Source: an uncultured Gammaproteobacteria bacterium
Lineage (GTDB): Bacteria; Pseudomonadota; Gammaproteobacteria; Steroidobacterales; BM003
Assembly: GCA_963699835.1 (NCBI GenBank)
Contig: CAVOVJ010000008.1
Span: 73,417-137,416 of the forward strand
DNA: 64,000 nt
Direction of reading: 5' to 3'
Of the stretch, positions 11,785 through 21,625 are shown piece after piece; the first letter of the stretch is position 1; every line of letters begins with the position of its first letter. The notes under the pieces were generated by a model. The model had not been told where the DNA came from. It was given only the letters and a program-made list of their open reading frames with translations, and did not search any database. A program made the position numbers and the translations under genes.

Positions 11785-13914
11785 TCAGCGATGCGGGCGC
11801 CAGCTCAAGGTCATCACCAGATTGCGGCCCGGCTCGTTGATGCCGGAGCCGTGGATGCGGTAGTCCTCGTCCGTGACGTTCTCCAGCGCCAGCGCGATGT
11901 CGAAATGGCGCGAAAACTGATAGTGACTCCTCAGAGTCAGAACCGTGTAGTCCGGTGTACCGCCGGGCGGGATACGTTGGGTATCGCTTTTGTCCCGGGT
12001 GGATAGATCGTCCTGCTCTTCGGCATACGAAACCAGCCCCTCCAGCCACAACCGGCCACCCACTCCGACCCAGCGCAGCCCGGTATGCAACGTCAGCGGC
12101 ATTTCGCGGTCGATCGTCTCCGAGACCAGGACCGGTTCCGAAGTAGGAAAGGTGTCGACGTTACCGTCCATCCATGTACCGTTGCCGAACCAGGTGACGT
12201 TCTCGGACAGCTTGAATCCCAGCTGGAGTTCGACTCCCTGGACATCGCCGTCACCGGAGTTTTTCTTGGTGACCTCGCTGTCGCCCTCGACAAGCCGTCC
12301 GGTCGGCGTACGGATGATCATGTCCTGGATGTCAGTGTAGTAATAGCTCAACTCGCCCCACCACCGGTCCCGCGCGGCTTTGAGCCCGATCTCATAAGTC
12401 TGGAATTTTTCCGGATCGAGGTCCGCAACCGGTGTTTCTATCTCGTTTGAGCGGTTCGAATCGAATCGGGTCATGTCCGAGAGATTGGGCGCGCGAAATC
12501 CCTGCGACACGCCGCCGAACAGGCGGTAACTTCCCGCGTCATCGAGGCGATAGGTAGCGCGCGCGCTACCGGTCAGCTCGTTCCAGTCCTCATTGAAGGA
12601 AAAAACATCGCCGCTCTCGGGGTCCACAACCTTGCCCGCATCCAGCTCCGCACGGGTGTAGCGGCCGCCCAGTATCAGCGACAGGCGCTCGCCCACATCG
12701 ATCTGATCCTGCGCGAACGCAGCAATCATGTCGTATTCGGAGTCATCGGCAACCGGACCTTGCGGGCGGACCGCGCGCAACGAACCGTCAGCGTTGTAAT
12801 CGCTGCGGTAGGAATCGACGTCGTCGTGGTACCACTCTGCGCCATAGGTCCAGCGACCAATCCGGCTCGGCGTCGTCGCCTGCAGCCACAAGCCGGTCGT
12901 ATCGACCTCGAAGCCCTGCACGTCACGGCGACCGTCCGAACGGACCCGGTCACGCTCCTCCTCCTGGTCGTGATACGAAACGCTCGCGGTAATGTCCTCG
13001 AGAAACCCGAACAGCTCCCCGCCGCGCCATTGCAGGTACGTGAGTTTGCGTTCCTGGTCGAGCGAGCGGCGTAACTCGTTGCCGACGTCGGTCCCTTGCC
13101 AGCTCTCTCCAAAGATCGTCCGGTGCGTGCGCCAGGCGTCATCCTGCTCGACCCACTGGTGGGCGAGCACAAGACGGCTGCCACCGGCCAATTCGTACTC
13201 CAGCCGCGCATCGACATCATGCTCATCGTAGCCAGTGTTGGGCTGGTCGCCGAGTTCGGCAACATCGAGATTGCCGAAGTCCTTGTATGACCCCCCGGCG
13301 TAGGCGGAAAATCCATTGGCAGCACCGAATCCCGCCTCGAGCCGGTAAACGTTCGAACTTTCTGCATCGGCGAAGCGATAGTACGCATTGCCGTCGAAGC
13401 CCTCGATCGCATCGAGATCCGCATAGCCGCGGCCGAGCACCTGCACGGTCCCCCCGATCGCATCGCTGCCATACAGCACCGATGACGGTCCGCGGACAAT
13501 TTCCATGCGGCTGACGCTGAGCGGGTCGACGGTGTTCCAGTACTGGTTCGGGCCATCGCGAAACACCGAGTTGTTCAGGCGAATCCCGTCTATCAGCATC
13601 AGGTTGCGGAACCCGGTAAAGCCACGAATAAACGGTGAGCCCTGACCATGCGCCGTTTTCTGCACCATGATGCCCGGCAATTCGCGCAAGGACTCGGGAA
13701 TCGTCCTGACCTGGCGTTTCTCGCGCAGTGTCGTGTCACTCAGCGTGCTGACCGAATACGGAGCATCGCCGATCGCGAGCTCGGACCGGGTCGCCGTTAC
13801 GATTATCTCCTCGAGCTGCTGCGGCCCATCGGCCTCCAGGTCCGCAGCGGACGCTGTCGCGACCGCGAACACCAGTATTGCCGGAGCAACCCGCGATACT
13901 GCCCGATTCAACAT
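11785..13914 (-). CDS. TonB-dependent outer-membrane receptor
   Basis: Signal peptide MLNRAVSRVAPAILVFAVATASA, a plug domain (EEIIVTATR..., IEIVRGPSSVLYGSDAIGGTV) and a long beta-barrel region. Substrate cannot be told from sequence. Confidence 0.85.
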   Translation of the reverse strand: MLNRAVSRVAPAILVFAVATASAADLEADGPQQLEEIIVTATRSELAIGDAPYSVSTLSDTTLREKRQVRTIPESLRELPGIMVQKTAHGQGSPFIRGFTGFRNLMLIDGIRLNNSVFRDGPNQYWNTVDPLSVSRMEIVRGPSSVLYGSDAIGGTVQVLGRGYADLDAIEGFDGNAYYRFADAESSNVYRLEAGFGAANGFSAYAGGSYKDFGNLDVAELGDQPNTGYDEHDVDARLEYELAGGSRLVLAHQWVEQDDAWRTHRTIFGESWQGTDVGNELRRSLDQERKLTYLQWRGGELFGFLEDITASVSYHDQEEERDRVRSDGRRDVQGFEVDTTGLWLQATTPSRIGRWTYGAEWYHDDVDSYRSDYNADGSLRAVRPQGPVADDSEYDMIAAFAQDQIDVGERLSLILGGRYTRAELDAGKVVDPESGDVFSFNEDWNELTGSARATYRLDDAGSYRLFGGVSQGFRAPNLSDMTRFDSNRSNEIETPVADLDPEKFQTYEIGLKAARDRWWGELSYYYTDIQDMIIRTPTGRLVEGDSEVTKKNSGDGDVQGVELQLGFKLSENVTWFGNGTWMDGNVDTFPTSEPVLVSETIDREMPLTLHTGLRWVGVGGRLWLEGLVSYAEEQDDLSTRDKSDTQRIPPGGTPDYTVLTLRSHYQFSRHFDIALALENVTDEDYRIHGSGINEPGRNLVMTLSWRPHR

Positions 13915-14088
13915 GCGGGGCGGCCCGGATTTCGTGCGGCGGCGGCTGCCGTACCGCAACGCGCGCACCCCCCTTCACTGTGCGGTTTCGTCATGAGCGT
14001 CCTCCGGCGCATGACAGTCGTTGTTATTATTCTTTAGCTCCCGAATCCGGCTGATGACGACCGGACCTGTGGAGATACCCGTTTAGGA

Positions 14089-14104
14089 AGCAAGACTCAT
14101 GCCA
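14089..14104 (-). promoter_or_regulatory. Candidate sigma-54 (-24/-12) promoter upstream of the TonB-dependent receptor
   Basis: The minus strand reads TGGCATGAGTCTTGCT, with GG and GC at the canonical spacing (consensus TGGCACG-N4-TTGCW). It lies about 175 nt upstream of the ATG at 13914, with an AT-rich tract directly upstream. Confidence 0.6.
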
Positions 14105-14159
14105 GAACCCGGATTAGAAAAGTCTAATATATTAATTATAAAACAACAGCTTAAAGAGC

Positions 14160-15007
14160 TTATTTGAACTTTATTCTAGGCATTTCAACTGGCGTGTGCA
14201 GTTCACTGCCAGCGATCGTGTTTTTCGTACAAAATCTGTGCCGCATCATTCCGTTGGCTGACCCGCCCCGCGCTCTGCTCGAATCGGGATCAGCGCTTTC
14301 CGTGACACCTGGCAGCGCCGCAACGATGAGTGTCATCCGCGTACCGACTGGCGGCAGGATTTCGCTATTACCGAGTATCGATCCATACGCGCCGATACCG
14401 AGACCAAGCTGGTGCTCGATAATCGTCATCGGATCGTGCACCAGACCAATCAACGAGCCTGAAGAGTCAGCCAGGTAGGTCGGCGGGTCGGACGGGTACA
14501 TCGCCGAACCCGGTGTAGATCCAGCGCGTCTCGCGCGGCGGCCCGTCCGGCGCACCGACGATTCGCAGCGCATCTGCGGCATCGATTTCGACACTCCCCT
14601 GCGTCGCCCTCCCAGCGCAGCCTTGATTGCAACCTCAGGACCCTCGACCATCGTTTCGTCGAACTGGAATTCGGGGATGGACCACGCCGGTGTCATCGAG
14701 ACCGATGAGAATACAGGCGAGATTGAAATGCAGGCCTCGGGTCCTGAGTTCGAGCAGGCTTTCGTAGTCCTTTACCCCACGCCGGGCGACCGCGAGGTAC
14801 TCGAGCGGATCTTCGGTGTGGATCAGCTTTGCCTCAACGCTGAAGCTGCGTGCCGCTTTATCGACGACGATCCTGCCGACCTGGTAACGACCGCCGCCGA
14901 GGTCCTTGATCGGAACTTCCGACTCCGCCACCTGCGCCTGCGCGCTTGCGAAGGAAACTGATACCTACCAGCAACCAACCCAAAACTCCGACGCGCGCCG
15001 AGCTCAT
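14160..15007 (-). pseudogene. Secreted hypothetical protein (possibly YdjY-domain-like); frame broken about 4 times
   Basis: The ATG at 15007 overlaps the methyltransferase stop (ATGA). A signal-peptide-like start (MSSARVGVLGWLLVG..SFASAQA/QV) is split over two frames. Protein-like segments occur in three frames: LEYLAVARRGVKDYESLLELRTRGLHFNLACILIGLDD; EFQFDETMVEGPEVAIKA; VEIDAADALRIVGAPDGPPRETRWIYTGFGD; ADSSGSLIGLVHDPMTII. The family assignment is from memory only. Confidence 0.45.
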
Positions 15008-16020
15008 GGCTTCACCCCGAACACGATCCGGTGCGGCATGGGCGGCGGAAAATTGAACATCTCGACATCCACCAGTCCGCGGTCACGCATCCAAGCGGCG
15101 ACATCAGCGTCCGCATGAACCGTACCGTCCGGCGCGGTCAGGAGCATCGTCAATCCGAACAAGGCAGCGAACGCGGGGCTGGCGCCCCCGGCATCGGCAA
15201 AGACATCGCAAATGACCATGCGGCCACCGGATTCCAGCGCATCGAAACCCTTGGCGATCAGGTCGCGACATTGCTGCTCGGTTTCGCGGTGAAACATGCC
15301 GGACATCAGCACGGCCTCGACCGGCGCCGGAAACGCTGACTTCTTGTAGTCGCCCTCAACCATATTGACCCGGTCACCGGCTGGCATTGTCGCAAGAATC
15401 TCGCGGGCGAATGGAATGACGCCGGGCAATTCCAGCACCTCGGCTTTGAGGTCCGGATAGCGCGCCGCGAAAAGCGCGGAGTAAGTACCGGGACCGCCAC
15501 CCACATCCAGAAGGCTGCGACACTCGTCGAGGTCGACCAGGCTTACCAGCGCCTGCCCGATACCCAACGCGCGGTTGTGCATGCCATAGACAAAATTTCG
15601 GGTGCGCCTTTCGTCATCGCCGAGATAACTCGAAGCCGTCAACGCGGGCTCACCCGCACGCACGGAGTGTTCCAGCCGCCCCCAGGTCGCATAGAGGTCG
15701 TCGCAGTAGCGAATGGCATCGCCCATGTAGGACTGTGTTCCGGGCAGCAGATAGGCCGCCCCGAGATCGCTGCAACGGTACAAACCGTCTTGCTTTTCCA
15801 GCAGATCCAGCGAGGCGCAGGCATTCAGTAACAATTCGGTTGAGCGTCCGGCGATGCCCAGTTTCTCCGCAATCTCGTTCGCGCTGACCGCAGCATCGCC
15901 AATGGCCTCGAAAAGCCCGATTCGATTGGCGGCAAACAGCGTCTGCGACGCCCAGTAGGCCGTGGTCAGTTCGACAATCGGCGTGGGATCGGGAACCGCA
16001 GCGGCGTCGGATGTGCTCAT
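15004..16020 (-). CDS. Class I SAM-dependent O-methyltransferase (dimerisation domain plus Methyltransf_2 type)
   Basis: Intact 338-aa ORF. It has an N-terminal winged-helix dimerisation region and the SAM motif LLDVGGGPGTYS. Its ATG overlaps the stop of the radical SAM gene (ATGA at 16020). Confidence 0.8.
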   Translation of the reverse strand: MSTSDAAAVPDPTPIVELTTAYWASQTLFAANRIGLFEAIGDAAVSANEIAEKLGIAGRSTELLLNACASLDLLEKQDGLYRCSDLGAAYLLPGTQSYMGDAIRYCDDLYATWGRLEHSVRAGEPALTASSYLGDDERRTRNFVYGMHNRALGIGQALVSLVDLDECRSLLDVGGGPGTYSALFAARYPDLKAEVLELPGVIPFAREILATMPAGDRVNMVEGDYKKSAFPAPVEAVLMSGMFHRETEQQCRDLIAKGFDALESGGRMVICDVFADAGGASPAFAALFGLTMLLTAPDGTVHADADVAAWMRDRGLVDVEMFNFPPPMPHRIVFGVKP

Positions 16021-17281
16021 CAGGCAGCATCCTCATGATGGCGATCGATGTCGCACTCCAGTTGCATGTAGGCGCAACGGTGGCACATAAATGCGTCTGA
16101 GATAGCCAATCCGTGGTTTTCGCGAATACCGGCATAGGCAATGTTGAGGCGCTCGAAGAAATTTCGCAGCCGGCTCATGTAGTCGGGATGATTCTTGCCG
16201 CCGACCGGCCAGTAAAGCGAGTAGATCGGGATGATCCCGCGGCTGCACAGATCCTCGGCACCGGCAATACACAAATCCGCCGCCGGCAGCCATTCCATCT
16301 CGTGCTCGGGTTCGAGCTCGATGCCCGCGACCATCGCCGAGTAGACCCGGCCGCGGCCCCACAGGGAAACGGCAGTCTCGAGCGAGGCAATCCACTTGTC
16401 ATAGCCGACATAGCGATTCTTGCCGGGGCAGATTTTTGCGAATAGCGGCTCCGACCAGACTTCGAGATTGAAGCAGACGTTGTCGACCAGCGCGTCGTCG
16501 TAAAACTGCTGCAAAAGATCGTCAGGCAGCGCGCCGGAACCCAGCGTAACCGGCACGTTTTCGTGGTTAATTTCTTTGACCGCGCGCGCCAGTTGGAGGA
16601 ACCGCTCGCCCTCCTCGCGCCAGTCGGTCAACGATCCGCCAACGAGGTAGATATGCCTGATGGAGGTTTCGCCAAGCGCGGCCGTCACCGTCTCCTGCAT
16701 CCGGCTTGAGGGTGAGCGCGGGAATAGCCAACTGCCCCGCCACCTGGCCGAGGTGTGCGGTGCGCTCGTCGGGTGCCCCGTATGAGCAAAAGCGGCAGCG
16801 CATCGATTCGCCATCGTGCTTGTGCAGAAAATATTCGCAGCCGGGAGCGACATTGATCACCATCATATCGCTGTGCAGACTGACCCCGGCCTGGGCCATC
16901 GGGAACCCGTCGCTGGTCTCGCCCCGCATCCATTCCGGCATTGGCTCGAAGCGAATTTCGATATCGTCACCGGCGGTCGCATTACGCAGACGATAACCGG
17001 CATCGCGATCGCCCTCGACAACCCAGTCCGATTCACCATTGCCCTTTCACCCGAATCATCGTGCCGTCCGGAGTTCGAATCAGGTACGGTATCGCCACCT
17101 GCGGCTTACCCGTGGGATTGGGTTCGTCCGGCTTGAACCTGTAAGGATAGTAATTGGGCAACGCATGCTCCACTGCCTTGCCCAGCGATTCGCTGTAGCG
17201 AATGCCTTCAAACATCACATCGACTTTGAGTCGTGTCGAAGCATCGAGTCTTTCCATGATCACCGCCCCGGTCTGCTGCAA
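16020..17281 (-). pseudogene. Radical SAM-like enzyme with an unusual cysteine spacing; two frame breaks (~17035, ~16715)
   Basis: Segments in ORFs 17033..17281, 16567..16941 and 16020..16853 join into one protein of about 420 aa. The cysteine motif is APGCEYFLHKHDGESMRCRFCSYG (16786..16839). Downstream TIM-barrel-like segments follow (IRHIYLVGGS, NLEVWSEPLF). Confidence 0.6.
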
Positions 17282-17375
17282 ACGATCTTTTTATTTTATC
17301 CCGGACATATCTCAAACACTGGTGTTATAGTCGTTTCGGCCGTGAACAACAAAAAAAGAAACTCAGGCTAAGCCA

Positions 17376-18017
17376 ATGTCCGGCCCGTTGCGCACTACAG
17401 TTGTGATTATAGTCGCGCTGCTGGTGCCTATCGTGCCATATGTCATAATCGGCGAACTACCCGGCGAGCAATGGTTGTCCAATGCGGACGACGACGCTTT
17501 CGCGTTTGGCGCTACCGGCGCCGCTCTGCTCGTCGCCGATGTCCTGCTCCCTATTCCGTCGAGTATTGTCGGCACATTGCTGGCCGGTCGTCTCGGTTTT
17601 ATCAGCGGATTTCTCTGGACCTGGAGCGGGCTCTGTATCGGACACATCATTGGCTATGGCGTGGGCCGAGCGTTACTCTCTGGTGCACGCGCCCATCTTC
17701 CCGAGACACCGACACTTCTGGCGGTCCTGGTCTCGCGCTCGCTGCCGATCCTGGCTGAGGCGCTGACCCTCACCGCCGGTGCCACGCGAATGTCCTTTGC
17801 CGGTTTTACCGGCGCCTGTCTGATCGGAAATTTTGTCTATGCTTTTCTGCTTGCCGCCAACGGCGCGGCGTTGATTCCGGACGGACTGCTCGGCCCGGTT
17901 CTCGTGATTCCAGGCCTGTTGCCGGCGGCAGGTCTGTGGTTGTGGTGGCGCCATCGGACGCGACTCGCAACAACCCGCGGCAACGGCCGGAGTCAGCAAT
18001 CCGAAGAACCCGGGTAG
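17376..18017 (+). CDS. DedA / TVP38-TMEM64 (VTT domain) family membrane protein
   Basis: 213-aa polytopic ORF. The pattern LLPIPSSIVGTLLAGRLGFISGFLWTWSGLCIGHIIGYGVGR is typical of VTT/SNARE-associated proteins. Divergent from the radical SAM operon. Confidence 0.7.
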   Translation: MSGPLRTTVVIIVALLVPIVPYVIIGELPGEQWLSNADDDAFAFGATGAALLVADVLLPIPSSIVGTLLAGRLGFISGFLWTWSGLCIGHIIGYGVGRALLSGARAHLPETPTLLAVLVSRSLPILAEALTLTAGATRMSFAGFTGACLIGNFVYAFLLAANGAALIPDGLLGPVLVIPGLLPAAGLWLWWRHRTRLATTRGNGRSQQSEEPG

Positions 18018-18087
18018 CGGCCATCGCAACTACGAGCGGCCGCCAAACCATGCCGGTCAATGACTGACTGTGACTAGCGCGAGACCG

Positions 18088-18879
18088 TTAGCTACCGGGC
18101 GAATCGGGCTGGATGTAGATCCGGTTCGAGGGTGGGATTCCGTGCGTAAACAAGGTCACGGTATTGCCGACTTCGATCTGCGACTGGATGTAATTGAAGG
18201 ATTCGCTAACCGACTCGACCGTATCGGCATTGACGCGGATCACTTCCATGGTCTGAGGCAGATCAAAAACCTCCGCCAGTTTTATTCCCAACTCCTGCGG
18301 CGCTTTATTATTCGCCGTACCGCCGGAGTGGCCGTTCCCGCCCGAACTGTCACCCGCAGTTGATTCCGAACCTCCGGCTGTCGCGGAACCGCCGTCCGCG
18401 CCGCTCAGCCCAGCGAATCCGGTGCCGGTTGCGGCACTCTCAATCAATGCGCTTAGCGACTCGGCCGAGCCGCGAACCGCAACGACACGTGCCCCGGGCT
18501 TGTAACTGGTGGTAATTGCGGAGGACTCTCTGTCATCTGCTGGCGTCGACTTTGGTACCGCGACATCTGCGGCGCTCAATCGTCTCGCGCCATCGGGTGA
18601 AAATCGCTGGACACCGTATTCGAGCGACATCGTTATTCGCTCGCCGGGGCGATCGAAGATGACCGAATGACGATCGATGCAACTGACTTGGCCGAGTTCT
18701 GTGTTCTCCTCCGTGCGAACCACGACAAAAGTAGCCATCCGCATGCTCGAGAATGGCAACCGAGACGCGGTCCGGATCGTGAATGACACCAGTCAGCGTG
18801 AAGCCGTCGAGGTTTGCCGCGTTGCCACGTGTGACAAAACCACAAAAGTCGCCAGGCAAACCAAGACTCTTTTGCTCAT
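18088..18879 (-). pseudogene. Hypothetical secreted protein (N-terminal GspC-HR/PilP-like beta segment, Gly/Ser-rich linker); two frame breaks near the 5' end
   Basis: ATG at 18879 (MSKRVLVCLATFVVLSHVA), then NLDGFTLTGVIHDPDRVSVAILEHADGY in a second frame, then ORF 18088..18789. No catalytic motif recognised. Confidence 0.4.
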
Positions 18880-18891
18880 TTTATATCCCGG

Positions 18892-18928
18892 AACAAAATA
18901 AGCGGCGCGGCATTCCCTGCCGCACCGC
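18892..18928 (-). terminator. Rho-independent-type terminator after the PEP-CTERM gene
   Basis: The minus strand has an 11-bp GC-rich stem with one mismatch (18902..18912 pairing with 18918..18928) and a 5-nt loop, followed by TTATTTTGTT. Confidence 0.55.
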
Positions 18929-19019
18929 CTGCCCTGTCTATCCGCACGAGTCAAAAACTACCCCGAATATCGCTGCGATCCCTGGTAGCCTGCGTCGGGA
19001 TCAGCACCGCACCGACGGA

Positions 19020-19655
19020 CTAACCGCGCGCGCGAAGCATCGGCTTTCTTCGGGCCAGACCCAGCGCAAGGAAACCCAGACTCAACAACAGCACGGTACC
19101 GGGCTCCGGCATCGGCATATCTTGCGGAGAACAGACATAGTCGAGATCCCGCGGACTCTGCGTATCGTTACATTTCACGTCATTGATACCGCCCCAGTTG
19201 AACGCGAACGAGGCTGATTCCGCATCGGCATTGGCAGTAAAGAGCAGCGACGCGAGAATGAAATCGCCACCGCCCTGCAACCCCGACAACGTCGCCAGGT
19301 CGAGTATCGAGAACAGGTTGGGATCCGCAAACCCGGGGCCGTCCACGTTACCCGGGTCGTAAAAGGCCTCGCAGCCGGCGCTTGCATCCGTATTCTCGCA
19401 AGCCATCCCAAGACCATCGCCGTAGTCAATCGCGTCCAGCGTCAATAACGTATCGTCATACGCGATGGCCATATCGTAAGCGGTGATGACTTCGGTTCCC
19501 AGATCCGACGCCACAATATCGACTCTGATAACGTCGCCAGAGGTAATCGGCCCGGCATCAGTCGGATCCAGCGATATATTCACCGCCAGCGCGTTGCCAC
19601 CCCACATCGACGCTGCCAGCAGCAGGGCCGTGCTCAGTAAACTCGTGCGTTTCAT
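19020..19655 (-). CDS. PEP-CTERM sorting-signal protein with cohesin-like domain
   Basis: Signal peptide MKRTSLLSTALLLAASMWGGNALA. A cohesin-like pattern follows (VNISLDPTDAGPITSGDVIRVDIVASDLGTEVITAYDMAIAYDDTLLTL). The C-terminus PEPGTVLLLSLGFLALGLARRK gives the PEP motif, a TM helix and a basic tail. Confidence 0.8.
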   Translation of the reverse strand: MKRTSLLSTALLLAASMWGGNALAVNISLDPTDAGPITSGDVIRVDIVASDLGTEVITAYDMAIAYDDTLLTLDAIDYGDGLGMACENTDASAGCEAFYDPGNVDGPGFADPNLFSILDLATLSGLQGGGDFILASLLFTANADAESASFAFNWGGINDVKCNDTQSPRDLDYVCSPQDMPMPEPGTVLLLSLGFLALGLARRKPMLRARG

Positions 19656-19762
19656 GTCTGTCTCCTCATTTCCTGGAGCTGTTTCTTATTTTTCCCAAAT
19701 CCCGAATCGGTTCCGGGTGACCGGCGCCGAAAGCCCGGACCGGCCACCCGGTTTCGAACGTA

Positions 19763-21462
19763 TCACCCACCGCCCTTCTGGAATACTTGCTGCACGTCAT
19801 CTTCCGCGCAGTTCTTGCGCGTGCACTGCTGTGCACACCAGCGAGCGTCGTTGACGGTGATGGTTCCGTCGCCATCGAAGTCGGCGGCCGGATCGGCAGG
19901 CGGCACACTCTGGCCGCGCAACACACTGATCAGGCGGAGATCGGCCCGGTCGATGTCTTCGTCACCGTCCATATCGCAGCGCAGGAATCCATCCGAGCAG
20001 GCGTCACCGACGCCATCGCCGTTGGAATCTTCCTGGTCTGGATTAAACACGTCCGGGCAGTTGTCGCAAACGTCGCCGACTCCATCCTCGTCACGATCGG
20101 ACTGATCCGGGTTCGGCTCGGTCGGACAGTTGTCGTCGGCATCGCAGATACCGTCACCGTCGGAATCGACACAGCCGCCACCGGTGGAGCGGGATAGCAC
20201 GAGAATTGCATAGGCCTGCGACGCATACTGGTCCCAGCGTCCGGGCGCGCCATTAGCGTCGTACTGGCCGTCGCCCGCCTGGTAGCCGAGCAGTGAGTAG
20301 GCGTAATCGAAGTAGATTCGCGGCTGCTCGTTCGGGTCGTCGTAGTAGCCGGGACCCTGGGCACCGAACAGCGGAACTCGCGGCACGGTGGTCGGATCGC
20401 GATGAACCTCGCGTACGTTGCAGGCCGGTGCTGCGGCAGGATCCAGCGTGCCGATATCCTCAACGCTGGTGTTACCCGGGTTGGGATCAATACCGGACCC
20501 TTCAATAAACTCATAGGCCTTGGAGGAAGACCACAGGTAATAATAATAACTCTGTGCACTGAAGTCGTTGCCGGCAATATTGGTGTACCGATACCGGTTC
20601 TTCGCCCATGTCAGGTATTCCTGCACGCCAGCGGAATTGACGTTTGAGCCACCCACCAGCTGAATCCAGGTACCGGATGCGGTTTGCTGATGCGTCGCAT
20701 CATTTCCACGATTGTAGCCGTGACCCGCGTCGTCAGCGGCGATGCCGCTGCAGACGTCCGACGTGGTGACCGCGTTGGCGATGTACGCGGCCTCGGCGCG
20801 ATCCGCCAGCGCATTGAGCTGGGCAAGTCTCGCGGCATCCGAATAGGACGCATCCGAGTAAACGGAGCGTATTGAGGCCAGACCGGCCATCACCAGTTGC
20901 GTCGTCGAAGAATCCGGACAATGACGGGTTGAAATAGCACCAGTAACCGTCGTCCAGCGCCGCCAGTCTGATTCTGGTTGGCTGCGATCCGATCGAATAT
21001 CGCGTTGATCGTGCCAATCAAATCTGACGGCAATCCGCCGGGCAGATCGGGATGCTCGCCGCGATCGGGACCACCGGACAGCAGATAAACCGACAACGCC
21101 ATCGCATCGCCGCCGTCGCGGTAGGCATAGAAACTGGCCCCAAAAGCGCGGTTGATGATGTAGGCGGCGGAACGGCGCATGCGCGCTTGGTCCGCCGCGC
21201 TTGCATTCTCATAGCCCTGCGCAGCGGAATCCTGATCGGCGCTTGCGCGCTTTTCGAGCAGCGCAAGTAAAGTCAGGCCAGCGGCGTTGCCGGCGGAAGA
21301 CGGATTATTAAACGCACCGACGGTGTCCAGCCATCCCAGGCCCAGATCGATCGATGCGTTGACGTCGTTACTGAAATTTGTCACCTGCGCCTGTGCGCTA
21401 CCCACGCCCAGCGCAAGAAGTAGAGGGAGTATAAGCCGTCCCGGTCCCCACTTTTTATTCAT
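19763..21462 (-). pseudogene. Secreted alpha/alpha-toroid (prenyltransferase/squalene-oxidase-repeat-like) protein with C-terminal thrombospondin type-3 repeats and a dockerin-like module; two frame breaks (~20900-21000)
   Basis: Signal peptide MNKKWGPGRLILPLLLALGVGSAQA. TSP3 repeats [57 protein letters not shown] lie at 19997..20173. Two EF-hand dockerin-like segments, [19 protein letters not shown] and [15 protein letters not shown], lie at 19823..19978. Confidence 0.7.
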
Positions 21463-21609
21463 GTCCTGCTCCTCAGGTCTCTCGTTGCGGCGATACGTTC
21501 CTGGAGTCCACCCAGGTCGGGTCCGGTTGTTCTTGATGATTCAGACCCGCACCGTTTTTTTTGCCCCCCATGCGTTTGTTGACATTCACGCATGGTTACT
21601 GTCAAAAGA

Positions 21610-21625
21610 TGCAAAGCACATGCCA
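21610..21625 (-). promoter_or_regulatory. Candidate sigma-54 promoter for the dockerin-protein / PEP-CTERM transcription unit
   Basis: The minus strand reads TGGCATGTGCTTTGCA (canonical GG/GC spacing), about 150 nt upstream of the ATG at 21462. An AT-rich, possibly bent region lies upstream. Confidence 0.65.

Noticed and set aside
12453-12462. tRNA T-loop-like GGTTCGAATC. A similar GTTCGAATC lies near 17073.
   Set aside because: Both lie inside well-supported protein-coding sequence with no surrounding cloverleaf. No tRNA-like structure was found in any intergenic region.
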